A program made the position numbers and the translations under genes. From Haliotis cracherodii (Eukaryota): a stretch of DNA of 64,000 bases. Shown piece after piece: positions 27,501 through 44,910 of this stretch (its first letter is position 1; the number at the start of each line of letters is the position of its first letter). Below the pieces are notes generated by a model. It saw only the letters and a list, made by a program, of their open reading frames with translations, had not been told where the DNA came from and searched no databases. The DNA lies in the NCBI RefSeq assembly GCF_022045235.1, contig NW_027266281.1:4154001-4218000 (forward strand), in the 5' to 3' direction.

Positions 27501-28684
27501 GTGAGTGGGCGGTGCACGTCTGAATAGAGAGGTGAGTGGGCGGTGCACGGGTGAATAGAGAGGTGAGTGGGCGGTGCACGTCTGAATAGAGAGGGGAGTG
27601 GGCGGTGCACGTCTGAATAGAGAGGGGAGTGGGCAGTGCACGTCTGTATAGAGAGGTGAGTGGGCGGTGCACGTCTGTATAGAGCGGTGAGTGGGCGGTG
27701 CACGGGTGAATAGAGAGGTGACTGGGCAGTGCACGTCTGAATAGAGAGGGGAGTGGGCAGTGCACGTCTGTATAGAGAGGTGAGTGGGCGGTGCACGTCT
27801 GTATAGAGCGGTGAGTGGGCGGTGCACGGGTGAATAGAGAGGTGACTGGGCAGTGCACGTCTGAATAGAGAGGGGAGTGGGCGGTGCACGTCAGAATAGA
27901 GAGGTGACTGGGCAGTGCACGGGTGAGTGGGCGGTGGACGTCTGTATAGAGAGGTGAGTGGGCGATGCACGTCTGTATAGAGAGGTGAGTGGGCGGTGCA
28001 CGGGTGAATAGAGAGGTGACTGGGCAGTGCACGTCTGAATAGAGAGGGGAGTGGGCAGTGCACGTCTGTATAGAGAGGTGACTGGGCAGTGCACGGGTGA
28101 GTGGGCGGTGCACGTCTGAATAGAGAGGGGAGTGGGCAGTACACGTCTGTATAGAGAGGTGAGTGGGCAGTGCACGGGTGAGTGGGCGGTGGACGTCTGA
28201 ATAGGGAGGGGAGTGGGCAGTGCACGGGTGAGTGGGCGGTGCACGTCTGTATAGAGAGGTGAGTGGGCAGTGCACAGGTGAGTGGGCGATGCACGTCTGA
28301 ATAGAGAGGTGACTGGGCAGTGCACGGGTGAGTGGGCGGTGCACGTCTGAATAGACAGGGGAGTGGGCAGTGCACGGGTGAGAGGGCAGTGCACGGGTGA
28401 GTGGGCGGTGGACGTCTGTATAGAGAGGTGACTGGGCAGTGCACGGGTGAGTGAGCGATGTACGTCTGAATAGAGAGGTGAGTGGGCAGTGCACGGGTGA
28501 GTGGGCGGTGCACGTCTGAATAGACAGGGGAGTGGGCAGTGCACGGGTGAGTGGGCGGTGGACGTCTGAATAGAGAGGTGACTGGGCAGTGCACGGGTGA
28601 GTGGGCGGTGCACGTCTGAATAGACAGGGGAGTGGGCAGTGCACGGGTGAGTGGGCGGTGGACGTCTGAATAGAGAGGGGAGTA
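24572..28684. repeat. 4.1-kb G-rich satellite of 31-bp (GTGAGTGGGCGGTGCACGTCTGAATAGAGAG) and 19-bp (GTGAGTGGGCAGTGCACGG) monomers, inside a LINE endonuclease region
   Basis: Direct periodicity. The minus-strand monomer reads PLYSDVH(C/R)PL. Confidence 0.97.
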
Positions 28685-29063
28685 GTCAATTATATTAGAA
28701 TCAGACACTTTTATCTTTACAAGCAGTTTTACCTGTCATTTTATCATTTCCTAGCCTGTCATTACCAATAAACAGATTTATTTTTTTACAGATTTTAATA
28801 AGTTATTTATTCTTGTTTTGTCCTGTGTTTTGTCATGCCCTCACGCGTTGCAACTCAACTTCATGGAACACAGACTCAGGGTTAAGTTCTGATCTCATTT
28901 CATCAATATCCAATTGAAACACTTCAATTATGTATTCGTCAAGAATTTCGTACTCGCATAGATTATATGTCCTGGCATTATAGTCCCCAATTAAAATGAC
29001 TTTGTGTGAAGAAACCATACAATTTACAAATGATAAATTGACAACGTCCCAGCTTGCAATCAA
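28685..29063 (-). mobile_element. LINE APE endonuclease fragment
   Basis: VILIGDYNART, then LFIGNDRLGNDKMTGKTACKDKSV...IIDY. Confidence 0.85.
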
Positions 29064-29659
29064 GGATTCTAAAAGATTACGGGTCCATCATAACTTCATC
29101 TGAGGCAAAGACTTACCCTTAGTGCGAACACCTGGCATCATCATTGAATTTCAGCAATCCATTTATATAATTTGATTACCTATTACGCCAAATGGAATCT
29201 GTTTCGTTGGAAAATTGAAACGGTTATTCTCTAGCATTGGCGTTTCATATTTCTACAATAGTTGTTTACGACATGAGTATTAGTTGATTACAATAGCTGG
29301 TGTCACATAGCACAAAATGATAGTTGTATGCCTGTAATGTCTTGGTTACTTTGACATGACAATTTGCCATCGAGGATCACACATTTCATCTAGAGGTAAG
29401 CTAATGTTTTAAATAATAGTTTACTCAGGAAACAATGAGTTACCTGAACAGACAAGTAAATAGTTATATTTCCCTTTAAAATAACACGTGGTTTAACACA
29501 CACAAATATTTAACAAACAGAAGTTATCATTATACATGCCATGAAAGCCAGACGGGAATGGGTTTTAAATAGTCCATGTACCGGTCATATACATGTAACA
29601 TAGATAAATGTGATGTGCAATACTGTTTGGAATTGAATGCGATATGTAAATAATGGAAC

Positions 29660-31455
29660 GTGTTCATTGGGTAAAACATTTCAAAACATTATGCAATATA
29701 AGGTGTTGAAGATCTTCTTTAATTGACCACAAATTACATTCTTGACTGCCCTGTAACAAGATCAGAAATCACAGACAGTATTCGTGCATTAAAGAACAAT
29801 AAATCAGCTGGAGTTGAACATATCATAAGCGAATACCTTAAACACTCATCAGATAGTATCAATAGTATGTATGAAAATGGTCTTTTTCCTGAAAATTGGT
29901 CATTAGGAATTATCATTCCATTAAATAAGAAAGATGACACAACAGTTCCAGATAACTATCGGGTGTCCTTAGCAAAGTATTCACTTCAATTCTATGCAAG
30001 AGATTATTTTTCTGGACAGACACGCTTTGTGTTATTTCTGAATGCCAGTCAGGCTTTCGGAAGGGGTATTCCACTGTAGATAACTGTTTTGTCCATAATG
30101 CTCTTGTACAACGATTCCTTTCACGTAAAGGGGATAAGTTTTACGTCGCTTTTTTATTTTTTAAGGCGTTCGATTCCATACACCGTAACCTTCTTTGGAA
30201 TTTGCTTTATAAACGGGGATTAAGTACAAAATTGGGTAGAATGTTGCAGTCAATCTACAAGAACGTTACGGCAAGTGTAAGGTCTAACAATCGTATGTCT
30301 GAGGCATTCGATTGCCCTTTGGGTGTCACGCAAGGCTGTGTACTTAGCCCGTTCTTGTTCCAGTTTTTTTATAAATGAAATAGTTCTTGAGATGGAAGAG
30401 GAGTGTCCGTTTGGTGTACAGCTCCATCCAGACATTATAACATCCTTTTACTTCTATTTGCAGATGATTTGATACTCGTTGACGATAGTGTTTCTAACCT
30501 TCAGAAGAAACTAAGCGACCTTGAGAATTCTTGTAACACTCGGAAAATGTCAGTTAATATGTCCAAGACCAAAGTTGTTGTATTTAAGAATGGTGGTGGT
30601 TTGTCACGTTTCGAAAAGTGGTTTTACAAAGGGAAAAGGGTTGAAGTTGCTTGCGGTTATACTTACTTGGGTTTGTATTTTAATAACAGGCTTAACTGGT
30701 CTAAAACTCTTGATAAGATTGCCCTGCAGGCGTAAAGGGTATGGATAACTATCCTCAGAGGTATACATTCGCTACAACCCTTTTCACCAGATTTCTACTT
30801 TCACATTTTCGATGCGAAGATCATGCCAGTGCTATTGTATGGTACCGAGGTCTGGGGGTTTGAAAATGATGACAAATTGGAAACTGTGCAGTTATATGCT
30901 TGTAAACGTTTTTGGGGTTTAAAAGTATCCGCATCAGACAACGCTGTATTGGGCGACTGTGGTAGATACCCTATTCGCGTTGCTTTGACCAGATGTCTGA
31001 CATATTGGCTGAACATACTAAAGATGCCAGACTTCCGTTTACCAAGAAAGTGCTACAATATGTTGTACCTGTATGATGAACATGGTCGTGTCAATTGGGT
31101 AACTAAATTAAGGAATTGTCTTTGCAAACTTGGGTTCGGAGATGTATGCAGGTTCCAAATGTATGGAAACCGAAAGGTGTTTTGTAATATGTTTAAACAA
31201 CGTTTGAAAGACAATTTTCAGCAGATCTGGCATAGCGAACTTCTTGCAAGTTCAAAAATGTCATTTTATGCTTGTTTTAAAACTTATGTTAAATGTGAAC
31301 CTTATTTGTCATTCTTAAATTCGCAAAATATGAGAACAACTCTCACGAGAATCAGACTGAGTTGTCATACTTTGGAAATTGAGAACAGACGTCATTATAA
31401 AATTCCAAGAAATTTAAGAAAATGCAAACTTTGTAAATTAGACTGTGTTGAATAG
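29660..31455 (+). mobile_element. Degraded LINE reverse transcriptase (RTE-X/L2-group-like)
   Basis: FPENWSLGIIIPLNKK..PDNYR, GVTQGCVLSPFLF, LLFADD, YTYLGL, PVLLYGTEVWG and RKCKLC, with frameshifts and stops. Confidence 0.93.
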
Positions 31456-31539
31456 TAATACATGGAAATTACTGGATCAGTGTTATGCAAATATTTATGC
31501 TTCTATTTCCTACCAAGGTGAACAATCAGACTAGATGTT

Positions 31540-32640
31540 GGCTAAGGCAGGGTAATCTATGGATGGGTTTTTTGTTTTGTTTTAATAAATGATCTCATTA
31601 CAGCCCTCAAACAGGCACAATGGGGCATTCGTGCATATGGTAAGGATATTCCAAAAGTCTTGCTTGTCGACGATACTTCACTTGTTAACACACCACCGAG
31701 GGGCTTTCAAACATCCCTTGATATTGTACATACATATGCCCAAAGGTTGCGCCTACCCTATAGCCCATCAAAAAGTGCAATTAATGTGTTCAGCGAAGCG
31801 AAACGCAAGGGGCATATCTTCCACTGTAGCCATCGGTAATCCACACATTACTACAACTGTTTCTACGGTATATGTTGGAATACTCTTAACGTATAATCTT
31901 TCTTGCAAAACAGGAATTGAAAAGGAGTCTTATTGAAGACAAAATATTAACACCCTTATATATTTAGGATTAAATAGTTCTGATCTTCATCCAATTTCAA
32001 GCGTGAAAATGTACCTCAGAATAATACACAAAACCATCACTTGTGCATGTGAATTACCCTTGACATCAAGGGACAACATACCGATCTATTTGAAGGCACA
32101 CAATGATATTTTGCACGCGCTGTACAGGATATTGATAAAAAATCTGCTTCAGAGTCTACTATTGCGAACCTTGGACTTTGGACAATTACTGCATATATTC
32201 ATAAATGCAAACTTTTAATTCTCGGTCGTTTATGCAACCTGAACCTGAATTGTAATACCAGTTTTTTTTGTGTGCGTCCATTTCTAGCCCTGTCTGTTCA
32301 AAGGCAATCTGTCAAGCACATAAATCAACACATACAATTTGGGTAGCCACCTTTGTACATAAGTGCAATACAGTACTTTCCCTCCAAAATTTTACATATA
32401 CGACGAACAATTATTTCTCACAAATGTATAAAAAAAACTCTGGCATGTCCCGTTCCAAGATAATTCATACAAAATTTACATACCGTGTACTTTGGCAATT
32501 AGTTTTTCTCTACCCGGAATACCGACCTGTCTAACAACTTTGTGTGAAAGTCTCATCACGCTGTAAGCATTCGAAAGAATACCTTCGACTATGACAACCA
32601 CATTATTTAACATTGTAAAACACTTATATCAGAAAGAAAT
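31540..32640 (+). mobile_element. Highly decayed LINE ORF2 remnant
   Basis: Scattered LRQG, YSPSKS and VYVGIL motifs in RT order. Confidence 0.45.
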
Positions 32641-32687
32641 GCGTTTTACCCTTTTCTTAATGACTCACTTGATGTTACAAAATATGT

Positions 32688-32857
32688 GGGGCGGTCGGGT
32701 AGCCTAGTGGTTAAAGCGTTCGCTCGTCACGCCGAACACCCGGGTTCGATTCCCGACATGGGTACAATGTGTGAAGCCCATTTCTGGTGTCCCCCGCCGT
32801 GATATTGCTGGAATATTGCTAAAAGCGGCGTAAAACCATACTCACTTACTTACTTAC
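32688..32857 (+). mobile_element. tRNA-derived SINE family A, full length
   Basis: A box TAGCCTAGTGG, B box GGTTCGATTCC, Asp-like GTC loop and (CTYA)n tail. 13-bp TSD TTACAAAATATGT at 32675-32687 and 32858-32870. Confidence 0.95.
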
Positions 32858-33599
32858 TTACAAAATATGTTGATTTCGAAATGGAAGACGAAACAGACAT
32901 GTTATCATGTTTGTGAAAAAGTGAAAAAGAATTTACTCACAATCTGGATCAACACATCTGGGAAACTATCATACTACATTTCGCCTATTATCTGTACAAC
33001 TAAAGCATCTTTTGATATATACTTTTAAGTTGATATCTGTCTCCGTATAGGTATTTGAATTTGATAGGTTGTGTGAAATTGTAAATATGTTATGCCTCTT
33101 TATTGTATTATGCTATCCACGTGTAACTGAATATACTTTCATTGTAATCTTCGGAATGACCACTGGGGGGAATTTAGAATATCTCTCCGTCTCTCTAACT
33201 TGTATTTTATGTATGGTTATACCCAGTGGTATCGAGGCTTCCTATTATTGTCATCCGTCAAATTTTGACATAACCCTTGTATGATTATTATGATAAGACA
33301 AAAGATTAAGATTGAATCAAAGGGAGTTTTAATTATTTGAGAGATCTGACACTTTTTTGTGTAAAACATCTTTTCAGAATTGTAATGGGCGATTGATGTC
33401 ACATCTGAATATGACACTGATACACGGAGTTATCTGAGCCTGGGGTGAGAATTATGGGCCTACTGGAGTGAACTGAACCTATTCTGAGTGAATTGTTAAG
33501 GGATTGACTTGAGCCTGCTACACCGGCAGGTACACTTCACTGTGCCCTCACCTCTTGTTCTTGGTAAAAGTGCAGTCAGTGATGGTAAATAGGGAGACA

Positions 33600-33690
33600 A
33601 TCACCAGATTGTCTGGTCCAGACTCGATTTTTTTTACAGACCGCCGTCATATAGCTTTAATATTGCTGACTGCGGCATTAAACAACAAAG
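33600..33690 (+). mobile_element. SINE family B, 3' fragment
   Basis: GATTGTCTGGTCCAGACTCGATT...GCGGCATTAAACAACAAA. Confidence 0.8.
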
Positions 33691-33704
33691 AGTAAAAAAC
33701 AATC

Positions 33705-34225
33705 ATCAAACCTCCGCAACTGCCTCCTCACAGTGGCATCATCGGCAGTAAAAGCTTTGGTCGGCGGGTGAGCACACACACAGTGACCAGAAGACTTCGG
33801 GCAGCAGGTAACAGGGCCTGTCGACCGTTCAGAGGACAGATGATGACATCTGAATTTCGACGCAGACGTCGTTCCCTACGGTGGAGCTGGCGTTATGGTG
33901 TGGGTTGGAATTTGTTGAGACCAGACAACCCCACTCGTCGTCATCTATGAAAACCTCGCTATATAGATGACATCATCCTACCAGTAGTGCTGCCCTACCT
34001 CGATCGTTCTGTACAAACACGACATGTTCTGTACAAACACGACATGCCAGGCCCTACACAGCTCGTATCGTACAGGACTTCCTTGCCAACAATAATGTCA
34101 ACTCCTTACCGTGACCGACATGTTCTCCTAACTTATCCCCTACAGAACACCTCTGGAACGCGATTGACAAGAGAGTTAGAGTCTGACCAGACCCTCCCGC
34201 TAACAGACAAGAGTTGATACAAGCT
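33705..34225 (+). mobile_element. Degraded Tc1 transposase fragment
   Basis: TVTRRLRAAG.RACRP and SPNLSPTEHLWNAIDKRVR. Confidence 0.8.
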
Positions 34226-35679
34226 CTTAGTTTAGTTTAAACATATTTTATTCTCATGAAAAGGATTGGGCACAAGTTATCACAACTTAGAACGCCCTCC
34301 CCCATCGATTTGCATGTATGCTCATTTACAGTTAATAAATCAAATGACAGAAAGGAAAGGAAAGAGATAGAAAAGCGTATGTACATTCACACTGCTCACT
34401 CAAACCTTTTTGTTTTCTTTATATATGTATGTACATTCCTAAAAGCTCTTACAACCTCTACAAGATGAAAGGAGCAGCTTGCCTCGCGGATAATCAGACG
34501 TTTGACGTTTTCCGTTCGACGCAGAGTCTTTACGAGTAATGATTCACGGGGTGGCCACATTCGGTATTTAAGTGACAATTTGTGTTTTAACTAATTGCAG
34601 TAAAAATCTGGATAATTCCTCTGATTCTGTTTGTCTGGTGTACGCTATTTAACCACAAAATGTCAAATTTTGAGTTAATCAACATTTTATGGAATTGTTG
34701 GATTATTGAATATACTTTACCTAAAACTTTTAGTATTTTAAGTTTTATTAATTGCATAACTGTTTATTCACGCGCGGTGTGGCAGATTGTAATTGAACGA
34801 GAGCAGGTATTGTAGACTAGCCTGTAAATAAGGCCAACACTGTAATTTGATACACCGTACTAATGAGATTATGGGAATTATCATAAGGAGGCTGTTGTTC
34901 GGGACTGTTATAATTTTTTTCATACCAAAAGTGGCAATGAATTTAAAAATTGCTTTCGTGTCACAGCATTCACTCAAGTTTTCCTCAATGTGCTTCAAAC
35001 ATAATTCCCATTGGTCAGTTCGACATCTCATATAATAAAATAATTATTTCGAGATTTCATAGAATGTGAGATATTCAGCCAGACGTTATGCAATAAAGAC
35101 GAATCGGTGATTTTTCTTCATTAAAATACGCACACGGGTACTTGTATATTGCACACCTAGTGTCACTCAATAGCCCAGTGTCATTAATGGAACGTTTTAC
35201 TTCAATACACAAGACCAAAGATGTGGCGTGCTGGGTTCTTCCGCTCTGTGGCCTCGTGTTTGTTAGTCATCATAAACAACGTATCGAATAGAAGTAACAA
35301 CAAGACATACAATTGGAAATGAGAAAGAAACCAAATAACTTGAATGTTGTTGATGATATTGCCAATGAATTGGAGTATGCTCGCATGAATTCGTATGATC
35401 AATTATAGTCTATTTGTGAGAGGTGAGACTGGGTTCATTAAAGATCATTACAATATGTACATAAAGTAAAACTTGTAAAACTTCTATAAAGGTAGCCGTC
35501 ATATAGCTGCAATATTGCTGAGTGAGGCAACAAACAAACCAAAATCTTGAAAGGTAAAATCCTACAAAAGGCCCATTTTGAAAAGTAATGTAATGACATA
35601 ATATAAAGTATATTTCATATACTACAATATACTTTGCACCCAATTAGTTAATGATTTAAGGAGACTGACCAAAACATGG

Positions 35680-36130
35680 GCGAAATATTTTAATGCCGCC
35701 AAACAATTATTTAGCTAAAGTTAAAATGAGTTGAATTATGTGCCATGGTGCTTGTAGACACATCTTTATGTATATGCAAAAGAAAAGCATGAGTTTTGAA
35801 CAAAGAAAAATATTCTTGGCCTGGGCGAAATATTTTGATAAGACCACAAATTAGCAAAGGAAGTTAGTCTCGGCCAAGGGCGAAATAATTTAATAACGCC
35901 ACACATTAGTTCTATTAAGTGAAAATGAACTGAATCATGTGTCATGATTGTAGACACACCTTTTATGTGTGAAGAAAAACCATGAGTTTTGAGCAAAGGA
36001 AAATATTGTCTTTTCCTAACGCCACACATAACTTGAGTTAAGTAAAAATGAGTTGAATTATGTGTCACGGTGCTTGTAGACACACCTTTATGTATTTGCA
36101 AAAGAAAAACATGCGAACAAAAATATTCTC
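35680..36130. repeat. Three imperfect direct repeats of a ~90-bp core upstream of the TATA candidate
   Basis: AAAATGA...TGTAGACACA.CTTTATGT...AAGAAAA.CATG at about 35723, 35922 and 36044. Confidence 0.75.
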
Positions 36131-36232
36131 GCCCACTATTCGCCTATGGGCCACTCTTCGTCCATGGGCCGTTTGGAGTGGGGTCAGCCAAGCTATTTCA
36201 GTGGCTTCACATGTTACACATCAACTCTAGCA

Positions 36233-36269
36233 TATAAATCCATTCCTTCACTTGCAGCAGCACCACACT
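36233..36269 (+). promoter_or_regulatory. Candidate TATA box and initiator
   Basis: TATAAAT at 36233-36239 and CCACACT (YYANWYY) with its A at 36265. Followed by ATGGTGAAG|GTAAGT. Confidence 0.5.
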
Positions 36270-37639
36270 GGGTACAACTCTTGACAATGGTGAAGGTAAG
36301 TAAACTGTTGTTTCCTGTATGTTATAAAGTTATATGTAAGGCTAACTAAAATACATTCTGCAGGGGAACCTACACTACGTACGAGTATTTAAGGAAACCC
36401 TGAGCCTAGAGCTGGAAAGGGGTGAGTATAGGCTACTACAGCTGAGAAAGGGATAATAGTGGAATGGAGGTGAATGTTTTATTAAAAATATATTCTGGGA
36501 TATGTACGAGACACAATGTTTACCGTTACCCACATGCTTAAAAGTTTTACTTTTGCTTCAATGTCAGATTTTATTTTGTACCTAGGTGTCTATCTGCTGA
36601 AATTAGTTCACTGGAATCAGTATAAAACGGACTTTAATTAATCCGTACCACCACTAAATTAAGTAAACTGCCGCGCAAAAGAAAGTATACACCCTTGTTT
36701 GTGCGGATATAGATATGGAACATTGTTGTGTTTCGGGCCTTAAGTTTTCAGTGGGTTTTTTTCAGCCGGGTAACGTATTGATAAGGTTTTGTAATGTTTG
36801 GGCAAATCAAATTTTAATTGTTACCTTCTTTTGCCGGGTAGTTTATCTTCATTGATCAGTAATGAAATCTGTCTTGTGTGGATTTCTTTTACTCTGAATT
36901 ACTGATTGTAATTATGGGACAATGTATTATAGCTCTCAAATTCGGAATAAATGTTTATACATCTCCGTCGCGCATCCGGTAGGCTGTTCGTCAACTTTGA
37001 TTGAAGCCTACACTGTCCTTGACTCAAATGTAACATAATATTACGGTTAATGACTATGAGAGGAAACTAAGTCTTTGCCAAATCACACATACTCAAGTTT
37101 GTTTTATTCCTACCTGTGTGTTGGAATATATACCTGTTTGTTGGCATACATACCTACTTGCTGCTATATATACCTACAGAATCCAATGTTTGTTTCCTTG
37201 TTATGATACATAAGGTCCACAGTAACTAGTTCCCAATATACTTCTCAACAAATATGGAAATATAGGGAAATATGTTATCTCAAAGTAGACACAATTTATG
37301 GATAACAACTTATTTAATATTGTAAAGGTGACGTTACGGTGGTAAGATCCTTATATTGTTGTCAAGCAAGACTGAATGAGGAATTTTATACAGAATATAT
37401 ATAGTCGGTAGAGGATTAACAGTAGAGGATTAACAGTAACAACAATTGCATACATGAGTGGGATAACATGAGTAGGCAATGACAACAGAAGGATAATGCT
37501 GTCACAACATGGTGGACAGAGAACACATGGGTGGAAGCCAACGGGACATAAAGCCTTTTAATCAGGATACGTTAGTAGGCGGATGGGAAAAAAATATGTT
37601 ATCTGTCCATGATGCACAAAATTGATTGTCATTATGAGT

Positions 37640-37882
37640 ATGAGTGAGTTGGGTTTAACGCCGCGTTTAACAGTATTGCAGCTATATCACGGCGAGTCAG
37701 CTTCATGTGGAAGGAAAGCCCGAAGTAATGCAGACGTTTACCACTTTGGTGAAACCCACGAGTACGGGTATGGTGCTGACAAACCTAGAAACATAATCGG
37801 GGCAAACCGGGATTCGAACCCGCAATCACAGGTTTCTGGCGGGCCCAAGGAAAGCAACTCTGCACAGCGAATCGTGGCCCCC
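37640..37882 (-). mobile_element. SINE family C
   Basis: Reverse complement of 48909-49164. Confidence 0.85.
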
Positions 37883-38460
37883 TGAACTTAGGGGAAAAAG
37901 AAACTATGACTAGAAACTATCTGAAGTGAGCGATATTATATAAAAAGGAACTATCATGGCGCTTTATCAGCCCTGAAAGAATACTTGGAGATGGTTGTAT
38001 CTAAAAAATATATAACTTAATATAAAACTTTTGAAAACTTAATAAAAACACAATTCACATAATATACAACTGCTGATGGGTATCTTAGACAGATTAAGAT
38101 ATTAAGATATTATATATTAAGATTTTTCAGCTTAAATGTACAACATTTCAAACATGGAAGGGACCATGCGGTTGCAAATTCAGTTCAGATTACTTTTTTC
38201 AAACTGTTGTTTAAATAGACATAATTAAATTTGACAAAATTTCAATTACATAAACAAACAAACTTTCTTTTGCCCCTCTGTTAATGTATTATATATCTTT
38301 TTGGTTCATATTTTTATGTGATACTGCTGCTGAGAATTGATAGAAAACAAATCTCACCACTTATGTCAACCACCGGTTTGCCTGCCTCGATGTTTTTATA
38401 TAATTTAATTGCTTTAATTTTGAAGCAATTTTCAGTTAATTCAAATGTTGATTCTTCAAG

Positions 38461-38515
38461 GATCCGACAAGAGTGCTGCTTCTCCTGCTGATTTGTCACC
38501 GGTGCTACAGCCTGC
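38461..38515 (+). CDS. Candidate signal-peptide exon DPTRVLLLLLICHRCYSL (phase 0 to 1)
   Basis: TTCTTCAAG acceptor and C|GTAAGT donor. Joined to MVK it gives MVKDPTRVLLLLLICHRCYSL. Confidence 0.5.
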
Positions 38516-38867
38516 GTAAGTTGGTAACTGTCGCTCACATGTATCGCATATCTCTTGCCCCATTGACACTTAACGTAGTATTCTATGGAATAACTAACAA
38601 CAATGGGTTTGAATTCAATCATTATTTTTTGGAAGTAAGTTAAGTACAAAATATTGGCGTCCAGATATTGAATCAGAAGTGATCAAAGATCCCCATTATT
38701 ATGATAAATGAATGGCATTATATAGACCTACTGTCCTATCCCCATATTGAAAACAGTCTGATTCAAACCTCTTGAACAAATTCAGGTGTCATCATTGGTG
38801 TGAGGAAAGATGTGAGGTTTCAGCTACATTGATCACGTGGTTTCTGAGGAGAAGAACATTATGATGG

Positions 38868-39331
38868 CAATCTCATTAAAAACAGATCTAAGTTCTCGTT
38901 GCCACTAAACAAAGATCTGAGGATATCCCATTACGGGTCACGTCAGAACGACCTTTCACGAATTAACTAGAAGTCGTCATCAGCCAATTAGAAAGCAGCT
39001 TTCTCTAGCTTTACGGCACTCGATTCAACCTGGCGACTTCCATTTCTGTCTACGCTTGAAAACTATATTGACCCAGTTATCGAACAAAAAATTCGAAAAC
39101 CGAACAAGCGAACATTTTGGAATGTCTAATATATGGTTGAGAGTGTATTGCAGTGTTAGCGTTTTCGAGGATGCTTGATTGTAAAATACATTCCGACTCT
39201 CACTTTCATAATCTGGGAAGCGATGCTTTGATAGGTCGGGTGAAAGATCGTTCTGAAGTGACCCATAATGGGATGGCCTCAGATCTCTGTTTTGCGACAG
39301 CTAGAACTAAGATCTGATTTTAATGAGATTG
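38868..39331. mobile_element. MITE with ~72-bp imperfect TIRs
   Basis: CAATCTCATTAAAAACAGATCT...GGGTCAC / GTGACCC...AGATCTGATTTTAATGAGATTG. Flanks ATTATGATGG / ATAACGATGG (8/10) may be a degraded 9-10-bp TSD, as in AcademH or MuDR elements (inferred). Confidence 0.85.
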
Positions 39332-39363
39332 ATAACGATGGATGATGTTTTGTATTTTCCAGT

Positions 39364-39412
39364 ATGGCGACTGGCAACCATATTGTATTTCTGATTATCT
39401 TGAACATACTTG
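39364..39412 (+). CDS. Candidate start/signal exon MATGNHIVFLIILNIL (phase 1), duplicated at 40570-40618
   Basis: TTTTGTATTTTCCAG|T-ATG acceptor, G|GTACGT donor and a hydrophobic core. Confidence 0.55.
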
Positions 39413-39739
39413 GTACGTCATAAAGTGACTATCTCAACTACCACGTTTCAGACCAATGGTCATATAATGTTTTGAGGAGATGTTTTACTAAAAGAAATAT
39501 TAAAGCTGGCTGGCTGCATATAGAAATCCCATTTTTATGCCTTGAATACACTTGAAACCCTTTATAGCAGCAAACACCCACTAGGTCCACTGAATCCACG
39601 AGGCAAATTATCGGTTTGATAATTGTACAGTTTGTGTATTGTAGTTGTTCCTCCAGACACATGTCCTGTCGTCATTGACGTCCAGACAGTATCTGGATTC
39701 ATCTGTGAAAAGGACCATTCGACAACGCCCGACAAACTG

Positions 39740-44340
<4,601 letters not shown>

Positions 44341-44479
44341 CACAATTAAAAAAAAATTTCACAATTGTCGCATCTACGGACAGTGTTTCAATGACACTAG
44401 TCATAGGAAGGGCACTCTTCACGATCAGATAACTTCTTTGGCATTGGAAGTAGTGGTAGTTGCAGCAGCAGCATATGTG

Positions 44480-44762
44480 GAAGATGTTCAATACATTTAG
44501 TGTCAATGATGATTATAAACTCCATAATGCCCATAGCAAGGAAAAACTTCGGGCCGAGTATAAATGTAGACTAAAGAACATCTGGAGTTCAGAGCATAAA
44601 GTTAAAGCCACAAATACTTATGCTGTACCTGTCCTTTCGTATTCTCTTGTTGTTGTTTATTGGAGGAACCAAGAAATTCACGGTGTGGACACCCTCACAC
44701 GAAGAATCATGTCAGACAATAGATCCAACCACCCTTGCTCTTCCCTTAATCGCTTACATTTA
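44480..44762 (+). mobile_element. R4/Dong-clade LINE fragment
   Basis: KVKATNTYAVPVLSYS...W...EI..VD.LTRRIM....NHP.SS..RLHL is the characteristic post-RT thumb of R4/Dong elements. Confidence 0.8.
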
Positions 44763-44910
44763 CAAATCTGTCTATCAATATATATAGACAGTATATATAT
44801 ACATAGTGTTTATTCCTAATACACGATATTTACCATCCCCAAACACACAAGCGTGATAGCCTCTTTATCATATAATGTCATTCCTTAATTCTGTGCTTCA
44901 ATATTGCTTT

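Noticed and set aside
24446-28708. Long Pro/His-rich minus-strand ORFs
   Set aside because: Frames rotate with the 31/19-bp monomers, so these are satellite translations.
29110-29145. Minus-strand ATGATGATG...AAGG|GTAAGT micro-exon
   Set aside because: No supporting downstream exon, and it is adjacent to LINE debris.
32688-32765. tRNA-Asp-like gene (also at 50109)
   Set aside because: No proper acceptor stem. It continues into a SINE body and tail and is bounded by TSDs.
34480-35162. Possible Helitron ending in CTAG
   Set aside because: No convincing subterminal hairpin, 5' end or second copy in the window.
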